The notes under the pieces: model-generated
Databases searched by the model: none
Told to the model about the DNA's origin: nothing
The model's input: only the letters and a program-made list of their open reading frames with translations
NCBI GenBank assembly: GCA_003707115.1
Contig: PPNB01000018.1
Location: 1-64,000, forward strand
Source: Tortispora ganteri
Taxonomy: Eukaryota
DNA length: 64,000 bases
Direction of reading: 5' to 3'
Position numbers and translations under genes: made by a program
Shown here: positions 53,293 through 63,114 of the stretch, piece after piece
Position numbering within the stretch: position 1 is the first letter of the stretch
Layout: each line of letters starts with the position of its first letter

Positions 53293-54309
53293 TTAGCTTG
53301 CTGCGTCTGCTAGAAAACTGAACCCGTTTGAATGAAGTGCCTTAGACAAGGTATTTTTGCTTGGTACAGTTACATCTGGCGACGAATTCGAATCACTCTG
53401 TGGAAGCGGTCGTTTTGCTTCGACGGTATGCCATCCGTCGTTATCAGATTTGGGTATGGGCTCGGTTTCGGCATGGTTAGCACTTGCTTCGATAATTTCG
53501 CGTTGTTGTTCTCGAATTTTCTTCGCCAAGTTCTGTTTCTTTGACTTAGATCGATGCTTTTTGGCTTTCGATTTAACAGGTAGGTCACTCTCAGTAGGAG
53601 CGGCAGTAGCGGGTTCCGGCAGTACAGCTGTCGTAGTTGTTGTAGCTAGCGCAGAAGCCTCAGGCTCTGGATTTTGAGCAGGTTGTTGGGCGGTTTCTTG
53701 AGTAGGTTCTTTGGCAGGTTCTTGAGTAGATTTTTGAGCGGTTTCTTGAGCAGGTTCTTGAGTAGGTTCTGGAGCAGGTTCTTGAGCAGGTTCTGGAGCA
53801 GGTTCTTGAGCGGGTTCTTGAGCGGGTTCTTGAGCAGGTTCTTGAGCAGGTTCTGGAGCAGGTTCTTGAGTGACTTCAGGATCGCTTTTTAAAATTTCTT
53901 TAGGAGCAGGTTCAGGCACAACTGGTGCTTGATGGTGAGAAACCGGCAGATCGGACTTCTGCTTTGACTTATTTACACTTCGAGCAGACTTAGTCCTGGC
54001 AGACGGGAGCAGCCTGATAAGATCCTCCTCGGAGACGTCAGGGGCGTACTCTTCAGACTCGTCGTCATTTGTTGCTGACTCAGCAGCGGATTCTGTTACC
54101 GATCCTGAGCGGGACGATCCATTCCGTCTTGCTTCGCGTTTACGGCGGGATTTGCTCTTCTTCTTTGAGGGCTTGGGCGCAACAGCGTCTTCGGATGGTT
54201 CCGGGGTATAGGGCCCTGCAGACCGCAATCGCCATGCAGAAACCCCAGCAAACACTACCGCACCGACCGCAACAAAAAGAGGCCATGACGAACTATGTTC
54301 TGACGTCAT
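53293..54309 (-). CDS. Hypothetical signal-anchored low-complexity protein with EPA(Q/P) repeats
   Basis: ATG ORF of 338 aa: N-terminal TM segment, Lys/Arg cluster, tetrapeptide repeat, second basic cluster. Confidence 0.75.
   Translation of the reverse strand: MTSEHSSSWPLFVAVGAVVFAGVSAWRLRSAGPYTPEPSEDAVAPKPSKKKSKSRRKREARRNGSSRSGSVTESAAESATNDDESEEYAPDVSEEDLIRLLPSARTKSARSVNKSKQKSDLPVSHHQAPVVPEPAPKEILKSDPEVTQEPAPEPAQEPAQEPAQEPAQEPAPEPAQEPAPEPTQEPAQETAQKSTQEPAKEPTQETAQQPAQNPEPEASALATTTTTAVLPEPATAAPTESDLPVKSKAKKHRSKSKKQNLAKKIREQQREIIEASANHAETEPIPKSDNDGWHTVEAKRPLPQSDSNSSPDVTVPSKNTLSKALHSNGFSFLADAAS
53665..53870 (-). repeat. 12-bp coding minisatellite encoding (Q/P)EP(A/T)
   Basis: Units such as GCAGGTTCTTGA/GCAGGTTCTGGA on the + strand, roughly 16-17 copies, decaying toward 53665. 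Confidence 0.9.
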
Positions 54310-54885
54310 TTCTCGTCTTTATCTCTTACTGAACTTGCACTGCCTTTGACTGGCTGGTGATTCGTAGGTAGAAATTCTCCTGGCCTGTGGGGCGTTGTCA
54401 TCCACCCGCCGCCTATAGCAACGACATGTGCTGGCAGTAGACGGATATGTGCAACCACAGTCCATTACGATAGAACTCAGAATATCAATTTTAATCTACA
54501 ACTCCTTAATATTTTATCTACATGTACTTGGGTGTAGCAATTATAAGTCAGATTGTCGGTACCTCCAGCTAGTCAAACTGCCCATCATGGTATTATTGTT
54601 ATAGGGTTAGGGTAACTATTCTTAAGTCAAATTGAACTGAATATTATGGGACCACACGCGGCAGTGGCAGCAGAAGTCGCACAAATAGCGACAACAGCAA
54701 TATTCAATTAGCCAAATTTGTAATATTAGAATAATAATATTATCACAGATTATACTGTTGTCTTAGACTACTTTTAGGCTACCCATCTAGCCGATTAGAG
54801 TGGTGTAATCACGTAATTTGCTCCCACGTTGAACTCTAACACCTTATCTGCTCTATCTATACAAGAGCGACCTTGCCCAGCTGCA

Positions 54886-56457
54886 ATGGCTACTGCACGA
54901 CTAGACATTCCCTCATGCTGTAGGATTGATATCATGCTGCGACAACTGCCTGTTAATATACAGCGCTACTTGAGTCTGGCAGCGTGCGGTGTTATATGTT
55001 TAGCAGGAGGTAACACTTACGTGTACTCTGCGTACGGCCCACAGCTGGCAGACAAACTGGGCTTATCAGCGTCTCAAGCTGCAACACTGGCTTTAGCGGG
55101 TGCAATTGGCCTTGCATGGTCAGGACCAGTAACTGGAGTCATTATAGATAATGCACCATCACATTTACCAATAATAGCTGCGGCTTTGTTAATGTTTACC
55201 GGCTACGGCATTGTTTATCGCGCCTACGCGGCAGGTTCCTGTAGTTTCTTGCTCCTGATATTCGCCATGTGGATGTCCGGTGCAGGTGGTAGCTTTGCTT
55301 CTGGCGTAGGTATTAAGTATGCAGGTCTTAATTTTCCCTATGCCACAGGATCGGCAACTGCAGTGCCCATGACAGCCTTTGGCCTGTCTGCGCTGTTCTT
55401 CTCGACGATCGCCGCGCTTTTTTTTGCCGGCGACACTCAACAGTTCTTGCTGCTCTTATGTTTGTTACCATCTATTTGCTGCTTGATATGCTTGCCATGT
55501 CTGCATTACGTTCCTATGCTAACGCCCTCGCTCTACGAGCTACCTGTCGACACTTCTGAACCACGCTTCGACGTCGAGAACGTTGATCCAGATTCATCGT
55601 CGCTGCTCAGCTGCTCACCGCAACGGCACATGTACTCTCAATCGGCGCGTAGTTCACCGCGACCACTAGAAGACCACGGACAGATGTCGTTGCGTAAGTC
55701 TGCAGATGGTGTAAGATTTAACGTTGCAGAACTCAGTAGACAGATCAGCAGGACGAGCTTCCCGGATACGCACAGGGACGTTGAGTATAACGGGAAACAG
55801 ATCCTGCGTCTGCCGATCTTCTGGTACCACTACCTAATTATTTCGCTGACACTTGGTTCCGGCCAAATGTTTATACTATCGTGCGGCTACTGTATCCGCG
55901 CGCTAATGGTCGAGGGCAATGTGCCACTGGACTCCGTGCAGCGCATCCAGAGCCTACAGGTAGGCATTGTATCTATGATGTCAGCAACCGGCCGGCTGGG
56001 TGCAGGAGTTGTCTCTGATATGTGCGAGTACCGGTTTGGAATCTCACGTACGTGGACTATAGTCGTTGCGGGAGCCGTGTTTATATCAGCGAATTACGCT
56101 GCGATCCATATAGACAGCGTTTCGATGATCTGGGTAGTGTCGGCGCTAACCGGGCTGGCTTACGGCATTGGGTTTGGTTCATACCCTGCAGTTGTTTCTA
56201 AGACGTTCGGAATGACTTATTTTAGTCAGAACTGGGGTATTTTAACGACATCGCCGATATTTGGGTCATACATTTTTAACAAGTTCTTTGGGCATATCTA
56301 TGATAGCATGGTGGACACTGATCCCAGCAGCGACAAGTACGGATACTGCGTACATGGGGTGGAGTGCTATGCGGCAGCATTTAAGTTAACGCTTTTTTCG
56401 TCGCTGCTAGGTACTGGTCTTGCAATTTATGTGATATTGCGGTCAGCGAAGCGATAA
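54886..56457 (+). CDS. MFS transporter, nodulin-like/Mch1-like family
   Basis: GNTYVYSAYGPQLA, NFPYATGSATAVPMTAFGLSALFF, GRLGAGVVSD, FSQNWG, C.GVECY. Start may instead be ATG 54934. Confidence 0.85.
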   Translation: MATARLDIPSCCRIDIMLRQLPVNIQRYLSLAACGVICLAGGNTYVYSAYGPQLADKLGLSASQAATLALAGAIGLAWSGPVTGVIIDNAPSHLPIIAAALLMFTGYGIVYRAYAAGSCSFLLLIFAMWMSGAGGSFASGVGIKYAGLNFPYATGSATAVPMTAFGLSALFFSTIAALFFAGDTQQFLLLLCLLPSICCLICLPCLHYVPMLTPSLYELPVDTSEPRFDVENVDPDSSSLLSCSPQRHMYSQSARSSPRPLEDHGQMSLRKSADGVRFNVAELSRQISRTSFPDTHRDVEYNGKQILRLPIFWYHYLIISLTLGSGQMFILSCGYCIRALMVEGNVPLDSVQRIQSLQVGIVSMMSATGRLGAGVVSDMCEYRFGISRTWTIVVAGAVFISANYAAIHIDSVSMIWVVSALTGLAYGIGFGSYPAVVSKTFGMTYFSQNWGILTTSPIFGSYIFNKFFGHIYDSMVDTDPSSDKYGYCVHGVECYAAAFKLTLFSSLLGTGLAIYVILRSAKR

Positions 56458-56565
56458 CTCTAGAATGCACCAAAACTGCCCAAGGACACGCATCCACCCC
56501 ACCCCCGACCGGGATTACACTACACTACCACTTGCCACCTACACCACGCCTAGAACCGGTGTACC

Positions 56566-56937
56566 ATGTCATCATCGGTACCAAAGGAGGTAAAACTCGA
56601 ATCACCGGCTGTAGTTGATGTTAAACCGGAAAATGATGACAACACAATTATAACAGGGAAGACGGGATCGGCAGAAACGCGGATAACGCCTGCGCAAGCA
56701 TTGCAACAACTTGAGACTGCAGGCTCGCACCTGCAGCAGATGCGATCGCTACTCCCAAATCTATTTCAACCGCTAGCAAATGCGGACTCGTCAGTGCCGG
56801 CGCAAACACAGTTTAAAGCCTTTTCCCGTAGTCTGCAGACATCTGCCGCACAAGTCGATATATTCTGTAAGGAGATAGAATCTCTGAAACCGGCGCTGGA
56901 TGCCGTGAATGAGATCATGTCACGCGATTCTAAATGA
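56566..56937 (+). CDS. Small helical hypothetical protein (possibly Mediator Med27/Med3-like)
   Basis: 123-aa ATG ORF in a good ACCATG context, with two amphipathic helices. Family assignment is by eye only. Confidence 0.6.
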   Translation: MSSSVPKEVKLESPAVVDVKPENDDNTIITGKTGSAETRITPAQALQQLETAGSHLQQMRSLLPNLFQPLANADSSVPAQTQFKAFSRSLQTSAAQVDIFCKEIESLKPALDAVNEIMSRDSK

Positions 56938-57064
56938 CTAATACAACACATATGGCTATATAGAGAACCACCATTAGACATAGAATTTTAGGTATTGTGA
57001 CATGTACTAACAGTCGTCAGATCGTCGCCAGCTTTTCAAAGTTCTATCTTTTGTCACACCCCCC

Positions 57065-58780
57065 ATGATTATCTGGCTTGCGGCGCTGCTGGTGGCGCCA
57101 CTTGCTCGAACGCACGACTATTTTAGCACGCGACACATTCACTCGCTGCGTGAAGAGGTTCACGAAATGTTTACACACGCATGGACGAACTATGAACGAC
57201 ATGCATTCCCGCAAGATGCGCTAGCACCACTTTCATGTTTTGGTGTAGGCCCCGACTATTCTAATCCGTTGAACACACCGCGGAATGACGTTCTAGGAGA
57301 TTATGGCGTCACATTGATTGACACATTAGATAGTTTTGTTTTGTTTAACGATACTAGGGGTTTTGTTCATGCACTAGACATGGTACGCAGGTATGTGGAC
57401 TTTGATGTCGCCACTACTGTTCAGGTCTTCGAGACGACTATTCGCACACTTGGCGGTCTGCTTAGCGCACACGCCTACGCTTCACAACCAGCACTCAATT
57501 TCGCTGTCCCTGACTATGACGGCTTTTTGCTCGATCTTGCCGTCGACCTCGCAGACAGACTAATGCCTGCTTTTGACACTCCCTCAGGCATCCCACACCC
57601 ACGCGTCAACCTTCGCTCAGGGATTGGACTTCCGCAGCTCAGCAAAACATGTGCTTCCGGTGCGGCTCTCATTGTCGAGTTTGGCGTTTTGTCCAATTAT
57701 ACCGGTGACCCACAATACATAGAACGCGCCAAAAGCGTTTTCCTCGACATCTGGCAGAAAAGATCATCCATAGATCTCATCGGCAGCTCTATAGACACTG
57801 TCACCGGCCAGTGGACATATGAGCTCACAGGCGTCGGCGCAAACACAGACTCATTTTATGAATATGCATTAAAATATTATATTCTTTTTGACGATCCGCA
57901 GTTCCTCGAGATATTTAATACAGGGCTAGCAGCGCTCTTCAAACACTCTTGGAACGGACTCTTCTTCGATAACGTCCACTACCTTACTGGCCATAAAATG
58001 GTTTACTGGATGGACTCTCTCTCGGCTTTTTTCCCTGGTCTTCTCGTGCTATCAGGCGATATCCCTAATGCCATTAAAAACCATTTGATCTTCTATAAGA
58101 TCTGGCAGGCTTACGGCGCTCTGCCCGAACGCTGGAATCAATACCCTCATCAGGTCTCTGTCAACCTCCCGTTCTATATCTTGCGACCAGAGTTCATTGA
58201 GTCAACTTACTTTTTGTTCCAAGCTACCAAGGACTCTTTCTACCTTTACGTCGGTGAACAGATTGTCCGAGACCTCCAGCAATTAATGCGTGTCCCCTGT
58301 GGGTTCGCTTCGCTTGCAAACGTCGAGTCTGGCAGGCTCGAAGACAAAATGGAGAGCTTTTTCCTCAGCGAGACTCTCAAGTACCTCTACCTATTATTCG
58401 ACATCGACAATCCAATAAACCATATAGACTCAAACTTCGTCTTTTCCACAGAGGCGCACCCGCTGTTCCTGTTCCGCAATTCAACTACTCCTACACGTAC
58501 AGACACGACAGGCTCGTCGAACGTTCAAACCGTTCCACATATAGATACACCGCAAAGCGGAAAATGCATGGGACCTCCAAGCCGACACCTCGATTTGCCG
58601 TTTTCATACATCATGAACTGGGAACATTTCTACATGCTCGACTACATATACATGTATCCGGATCCTGTGTTGAAAAACACATATAACAGGACCCGCATAC
58701 TCGTTGATTCAGGCCTGGTACTCGATCACGGAGTATGCGCTGCAACGCACAAAGTACCCTTCCAAGCGAAACTCAGCTGA
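57065..58780 (+). CDS. MNL1: GH47 alpha-1,2-mannosidase, EDEM/Htm1-like
   Basis: Signal peptide, VQVFETTIRTLGGLLSAH, DSFYEY, LRPEFIEST, MESFFLSETLKY, STEAHP. Confidence 0.85.
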   Translation: MIIWLAALLVAPLARTHDYFSTRHIHSLREEVHEMFTHAWTNYERHAFPQDALAPLSCFGVGPDYSNPLNTPRNDVLGDYGVTLIDTLDSFVLFNDTRGFVHALDMVRRYVDFDVATTVQVFETTIRTLGGLLSAHAYASQPALNFAVPDYDGFLLDLAVDLADRLMPAFDTPSGIPHPRVNLRSGIGLPQLSKTCASGAALIVEFGVLSNYTGDPQYIERAKSVFLDIWQKRSSIDLIGSSIDTVTGQWTYELTGVGANTDSFYEYALKYYILFDDPQFLEIFNTGLAALFKHSWNGLFFDNVHYLTGHKMVYWMDSLSAFFPGLLVLSGDIPNAIKNHLIFYKIWQAYGALPERWNQYPHQVSVNLPFYILRPEFIESTYFLFQATKDSFYLYVGEQIVRDLQQLMRVPCGFASLANVESGRLEDKMESFFLSETLKYLYLLFDIDNPINHIDSNFVFSTEAHPLFLFRNSTTPTRTDTTGSSNVQTVPHIDTPQSGKCMGPPSRHLDLPFSYIMNWEHFYMLDYIYMYPDPVLKNTYNRTRILVDSGLVLDHGVCAATHKVPFQAKLS

Positions 58781-58809
58781 TATTTTTTTTTCTTTTTTTG
58801 GCACGACAT

Positions 58810-59355
58810 CTATTTCTGGCCGGTAAGGATAGTGTACACGGGGCCCGACAATTTGTCTCTGCCCTTGAGGAAACTTAGCTCCATTAGGAACAGGTACTCT
58901 AGTACATTGCAACCAAGTTGGGCTACCAGATCTCCTGCAGCCTTGGCACTGCCGCCAGTGGCAATGATATCGTCAACCACTACAATTTTAGAGTTTGCAG
59001 GCAAAATACCTTTCTGCATCTCAAAAACGTCTGTGCCATACTCTTTCTGGTACTCGGCCCTTACGGTCTCCCCCGGTAGCTTGCCCGCTTTACGTACAGC
59101 TGCAAACCCACAATTCAGCCGTAATGCGAGCGACGGACCGAACAAAAACCCGCGAGACTCCAAACCGACAATGACGTCAATATGATCATGAGTTTTCTGC
59201 AAATGATCCACTAAAACGTCCAGCAAGGTGTTAAACGCTATGGGGTCGGCAAATATAGGCATAATATCTTCAAACAAGACTCCAGGAGATGGAAAGTCTG
59301 GAAACTGACGCAACTTCGACACCAGGAACTTTCGTTTGTCTTCTATTTCGCTCAT
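58810..59355 (-). CDS. APT1: Adenine phosphoribosyltransferase
   Basis: FPDFPSPGVLFEDI, GLESRGF, RKAGKLPG, VVVDDIIATGGS. Confidence 0.95.
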   Translation of the reverse strand: MSEIEDKRKFLVSKLRQFPDFPSPGVLFEDIMPIFADPIAFNTLLDVLVDHLQKTHDHIDVIVGLESRGFLFGPSLALRLNCGFAAVRKAGKLPGETVRAEYQKEYGTDVFEMQKGILPANSKIVVVDDIIATGGSAKAAGDLVAQLGCNVLEYLFLMELSFLKGRDKLSGPVYTILTGQK

Positions 59356-59545
59356 TGTCTCACGTTTTTTTTCTTTATTTTTTTAGTTTTAGTCTCTTTT
59401 TAGTTCGCGGTTAATTATGGCAGACCGCGACACTGAGGTCAAACGAAAAGCACGAACTTCAATAGTTGTTGGCATGGAAACTTATAGTTACCTGAAGCAG
59501 ATTGAGTTACAGCTTCACGCACTTACTGGCTACACCGAAAGTTCG

Positions 59546-60397
59546 ATGTCGAAGACAGACGACGATCTGTACCGAGATTCTAGTCAATTTCGACGTTGGT
59601 CTTTCCGCAAGGAGGATCTGATCACGCTACGGCAGCATACGAATGAAGAAGCTGCTACCATAGTACGTGCACGATTGCAGGAACTGGACGTAGCCCGCGA
59701 TCCGCTGACAGTGGCCGATGAGCAGACACTAATTCAGTATTACTGCAAGCAGGTGGAGGGTATTGTTAACACTATAAAGGTGCCTTCATATGTTGGTAGC
59801 ACGGCTATCGCGTACCTGAAAAGGTTTTACCTGTACAACTCTGTCATGACCTTCCATCCGAAGCAAGTGCTCCACACGTGCATATTTCTCGCGAGCAAAG
59901 CGGAGAATTCTATTATTTCGATATCGAGATACACGACTAAGATGCCCAAAGTGAACTCTGCCGATTTATTGAAGTACGAGTTCGATGTGCTGAAAAGTCT
60001 CGGGTTTACACTGATGGTGCATCGGCCGGCGGCGTCGCTACGAGGGTTCTACATAGACATGCAGACAGTGCTGCCGGAGATAAAGATTTCGGAACTAAAC
60101 AAATTACATAAAGAGTCAGAGCACATTATATCATTATATGAATTCACAGATGTCATGTTTTGCTATACACCGCCGCAGATTTCACTAGCTGCTATATACC
60201 TAGTGAACACGGAGCTGTTGAAAAAGTATTTGAGGACCAAGTTCCCAGGATCATTGTGTGAGCAGCTGATAGCCACAGTGCAGGAATGCGCCAAAGATAT
60301 GCAAGTTCCTGCGCCTTCGCGGGACGAAGCGATTAAGATCGACAAGAAATTGTATGAGTGCACGCGCGGGGCTCTGAAGCGGAAACCGGCCGACTAG
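59546..60397 (+). CDS. CCL1: Cyclin H (TFIIK subunit)
   Basis: [40 protein letters not shown]. An in-frame upstream ATG at 59417 could add 43 aa. Confidence 0.92.
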   Translation: MSKTDDDLYRDSSQFRRWSFRKEDLITLRQHTNEEAATIVRARLQELDVARDPLTVADEQTLIQYYCKQVEGIVNTIKVPSYVGSTAIAYLKRFYLYNSVMTFHPKQVLHTCIFLASKAENSIISISRYTTKMPKVNSADLLKYEFDVLKSLGFTLMVHRPAASLRGFYIDMQTVLPEIKISELNKLHKESEHIISLYEFTDVMFCYTPPQISLAAIYLVNTELLKKYLRTKFPGSLCEQLIATVQECAKDMQVPAPSRDEAIKIDKKLYECTRGALKRKPAD

Positions 60398-61797
60398 TCG
60401 AGCAGACTCGACACGCACATTTTTTTAACGGAGAGCCCGGTACTGACGGGATCTAGACGTTCAGACGAATGCTTGCGTTCCATTTGATATGATGAAGTAC
60501 TTAAAGGTGTGTAGTTTGTAGAGGTAGGTTTATCATTGAGTGCCAGTTCGAGTTGAGCAACCTTCTCCTGAAGCTCGGCGCAGCGCGATTCAGCTGCAGC
60601 GAGCTGCAATTTTATTTTTGTTTCGGAATCACGTGCGACAGCTTCGGCACATTTGCTGGCCAATATCGCAGATTCTAGTTCACTTACGCGGCACTTCAAA
60701 AGATCGTTGACAATTTCGAGTTCGCCGACTTTTGCACGTACGACAAGGTCGGTGGAGTTTGAAGTGTCTTTACCTTGCGAGGCATCGTCATTGTGAAGAG
60801 ATAGCGGGGGCGGTGTGCCACTACGTGCGCTGGATCGCAGCACGGATGAGACTGAGGGTAAGTTGTGAAATGGCGAAGATGTATTAGATCCAACAGAGGC
60901 AGCAGTAGCGACGGCGGCCAGGCTGGCCATAGAGTCCATGGGTGCTGGGGAGCTGACAGAGTGTGGTATTGGGGGCAAATGCGAGTAGTCAAAAGAGGAT
61001 GTAGATACATTATCGGGTTCGCTGTGTGGGCGGGCAATAGGAGACTTTGAAAGTAGGCCGAGTGCGTTGAGGGAGCCCGGGTGATCATGGTCTGCGGATA
61101 AGGCGGATGAGCAGCGTTCAATGGAACCGCCAAGTAGAGTAAATTTAGGGCTATTCAGAATTTCAGTTGTATGCAGGAGTGAAGGCGAGTTAGGTCCAAG
61201 TGATGGGGACTGGCCCATGGGTTTTGGCGGAGGTAACTGGTAGTGTCTGAAAGAGTCGTGATGGCTGAGAGAAGGAGAATGAGAAAGTTTGATATCAGTA
61301 GAAACGGATGTTGATGTCGCGGGAGTCGGAGGCAATGAGTTGCTAAGATTAGTATGAGACTTTGAGCGAGAATGTGAAGATTGGCGTGGCTGTGAGTGAG
61401 ATCTTTGGCGGGGAGACCTAGGAGTTGATGCAGTGCTTGAAGTACTCTCAGATTTGGCAGAACGACGAGAAGAATTATGTGGTGTTCTAACTCTGTTACG
61501 ACTTTTTATGACAGTGGATTTGAGTGAGATCGGTCGTGGACGGTCGTGAAGTTTAAGGAAGAGTCCGCAAGCGTTGCAGAGGACACCACCATCGTTGTCT
61601 CTACGCCATAAAGGTGTAGTAGTAGTTTTACAATTCTGACAGACAAGCGGTACAGATTGTTTTTGTTGCTTAGATAATGAATTTTTTGCAACTTCAGCTG
61701 CTGCATAGTTTGCAAGTGATTGTTGCAATTGTTGCGATTGTTTGTCAGCGTCAGGATCTGACGATACAGATGAAGTGTCACTCGTTGTAAGAGACAT
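60394..61797 (-). CDS. GZF3: GATA zinc-finger repressor with C-terminal leucine zipper (Gzf3/Dal80/AreB class)
   Basis: [42 protein letters not shown] and [20 protein letters not shown] zipper. Confidence 0.88.
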   Translation of the reverse strand: MSLTTSDTSSVSSDPDADKQSQQLQQSLANYAAAEVAKNSLSKQQKQSVPLVCQNCKTTTTPLWRRDNDGGVLCNACGLFLKLHDRPRPISLKSTVIKSRNRVRTPHNSSRRSAKSESTSSTASTPRSPRQRSHSQPRQSSHSRSKSHTNLSNSLPPTPATSTSVSTDIKLSHSPSLSHHDSFRHYQLPPPKPMGQSPSLGPNSPSLLHTTEILNSPKFTLLGGSIERCSSALSADHDHPGSLNALGLLSKSPIARPHSEPDNVSTSSFDYSHLPPIPHSVSSPAPMDSMASLAAVATAASVGSNTSSPFHNLPSVSSVLRSSARSGTPPPLSLHNDDASQGKDTSNSTDLVVRAKVGELEIVNDLLKCRVSELESAILASKCAEAVARDSETKIKLQLAAAESRCAELQEKVAQLELALNDKPTSTNYTPLSTSSYQMERKHSSERLDPVSTGLSVKKMCVSSLLD

Positions 61798-62668
61798 TCG
61801 AAAGGAATGGTGATTAAATATAAAATTAATAGAACTGAAAATGATAACGAAGTGTAATCGAAAATTAAAAAGAACTCTTGAGATTTCAGGGTTGTGTTTT
61901 TTTTTTTTGTGCGCTTTTTTTTCCCTTCCTCCTGTAGGGACTTTTTTTTAAGCTTACAAAGTAGAAACAGCGGGAAATAAAGGTAATTTAAGGTTTATAA
62001 GACTCGTTGTTTTCGGCTAAATCAGGCGTTTAGTAAGTATACAGATATTCCTTCCAGAATGTCATTATATATGCAATAAAAATCTATTACAAGCGGATAT
62101 ATCGGATTATAAGATTTAAAATACAACTTCTTTTTTATTTTAAAAATTTGACAAGTAATTCAAACTAACCTTTGTCTGTTTAATCCGTGTACTAATTTCG
62201 AACTCGGCCGGAAACTTTTAAACGGGTCAAATACTATTATTCTTCGTCAACTTTAGTAATGAGTCACATATACTTAAAATTTTTTATCCCACCTTCCTTA
62301 TCGGTACATCTATCTCTTAAAACATGCCTCTATAAACCTGTAAATTCGTCTAATGAATTCGTATAAAAAATCACTGATTTTATTGAATTCATTTCTACGT
62401 ATTTATATATAAAAAATCCTTCCTACTATTTTCTTCTTTGGTTGATCTTATCGTATCTTAAAACCTTATCTTTATTTAAAGTTATGCGATAACTGTCATC
62501 GATTAGCACACCTGCTATTCAGATAGTCACTTGAATCACCCTACACAGTCTAAGTTTTGCAAATCATTTCTAATGATTTTATTTTGTAAAACATTTTGTA
62601 AATAGTGATATACCATTTATTTAGTTTCCAGTAGCGCTTCCTCATTTCTCAATAATGATCTATTCCTA

Positions 62669-62726
62669 GATCTCTATCCTCGATCTCTATCCTCGATCTC
62701 TATCCTCGATCCCTATCATCCCTATC
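62669..62726 (+). repeat. 13-bp tandem repeat (GATCTCTATCCTC)x3 plus degenerate copies
   Basis: Three perfect units at 62669-62707, then GATCCCTATC and ATCCCTATC. Confidence 0.9.
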
Positions 62727-63114
62727 ATATCCAATTTTGTATCATCTCTACTTGAAATGTTTTCATTTATTTTACTCTTATACTTTTACTGCCTTTATAT
62801 TTCTCTAATATACTTCAACTGCTCTACTGAAACTTTCATAATGCTATCCTTACTATTAATCACAAACTTGTCCATCAATCAATCCATACTACATATCATC
62901 AATTCTGCCATACAATTAACAACCCCTTAATAGTACATCTATCCACTCGCTTATTTTAATATAACCAACGCACTTCCTCTACTCAAACTATCATAAATCA
63001 CCCTTCTAAAGTACAATCGAGTATTACTACACTGCTAAATTATCAGGGTCAAGGGCTACAAGTATCAAGATCCATAAACGAGTTTTTACTCCACTACTAA
63101 GCCTTACCTGACCA

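Noticed and set aside
53674..53892. Plus-strand ORF with FLSR repeats
   Set aside because: Antisense translation of the 12-bp coding minisatellite.
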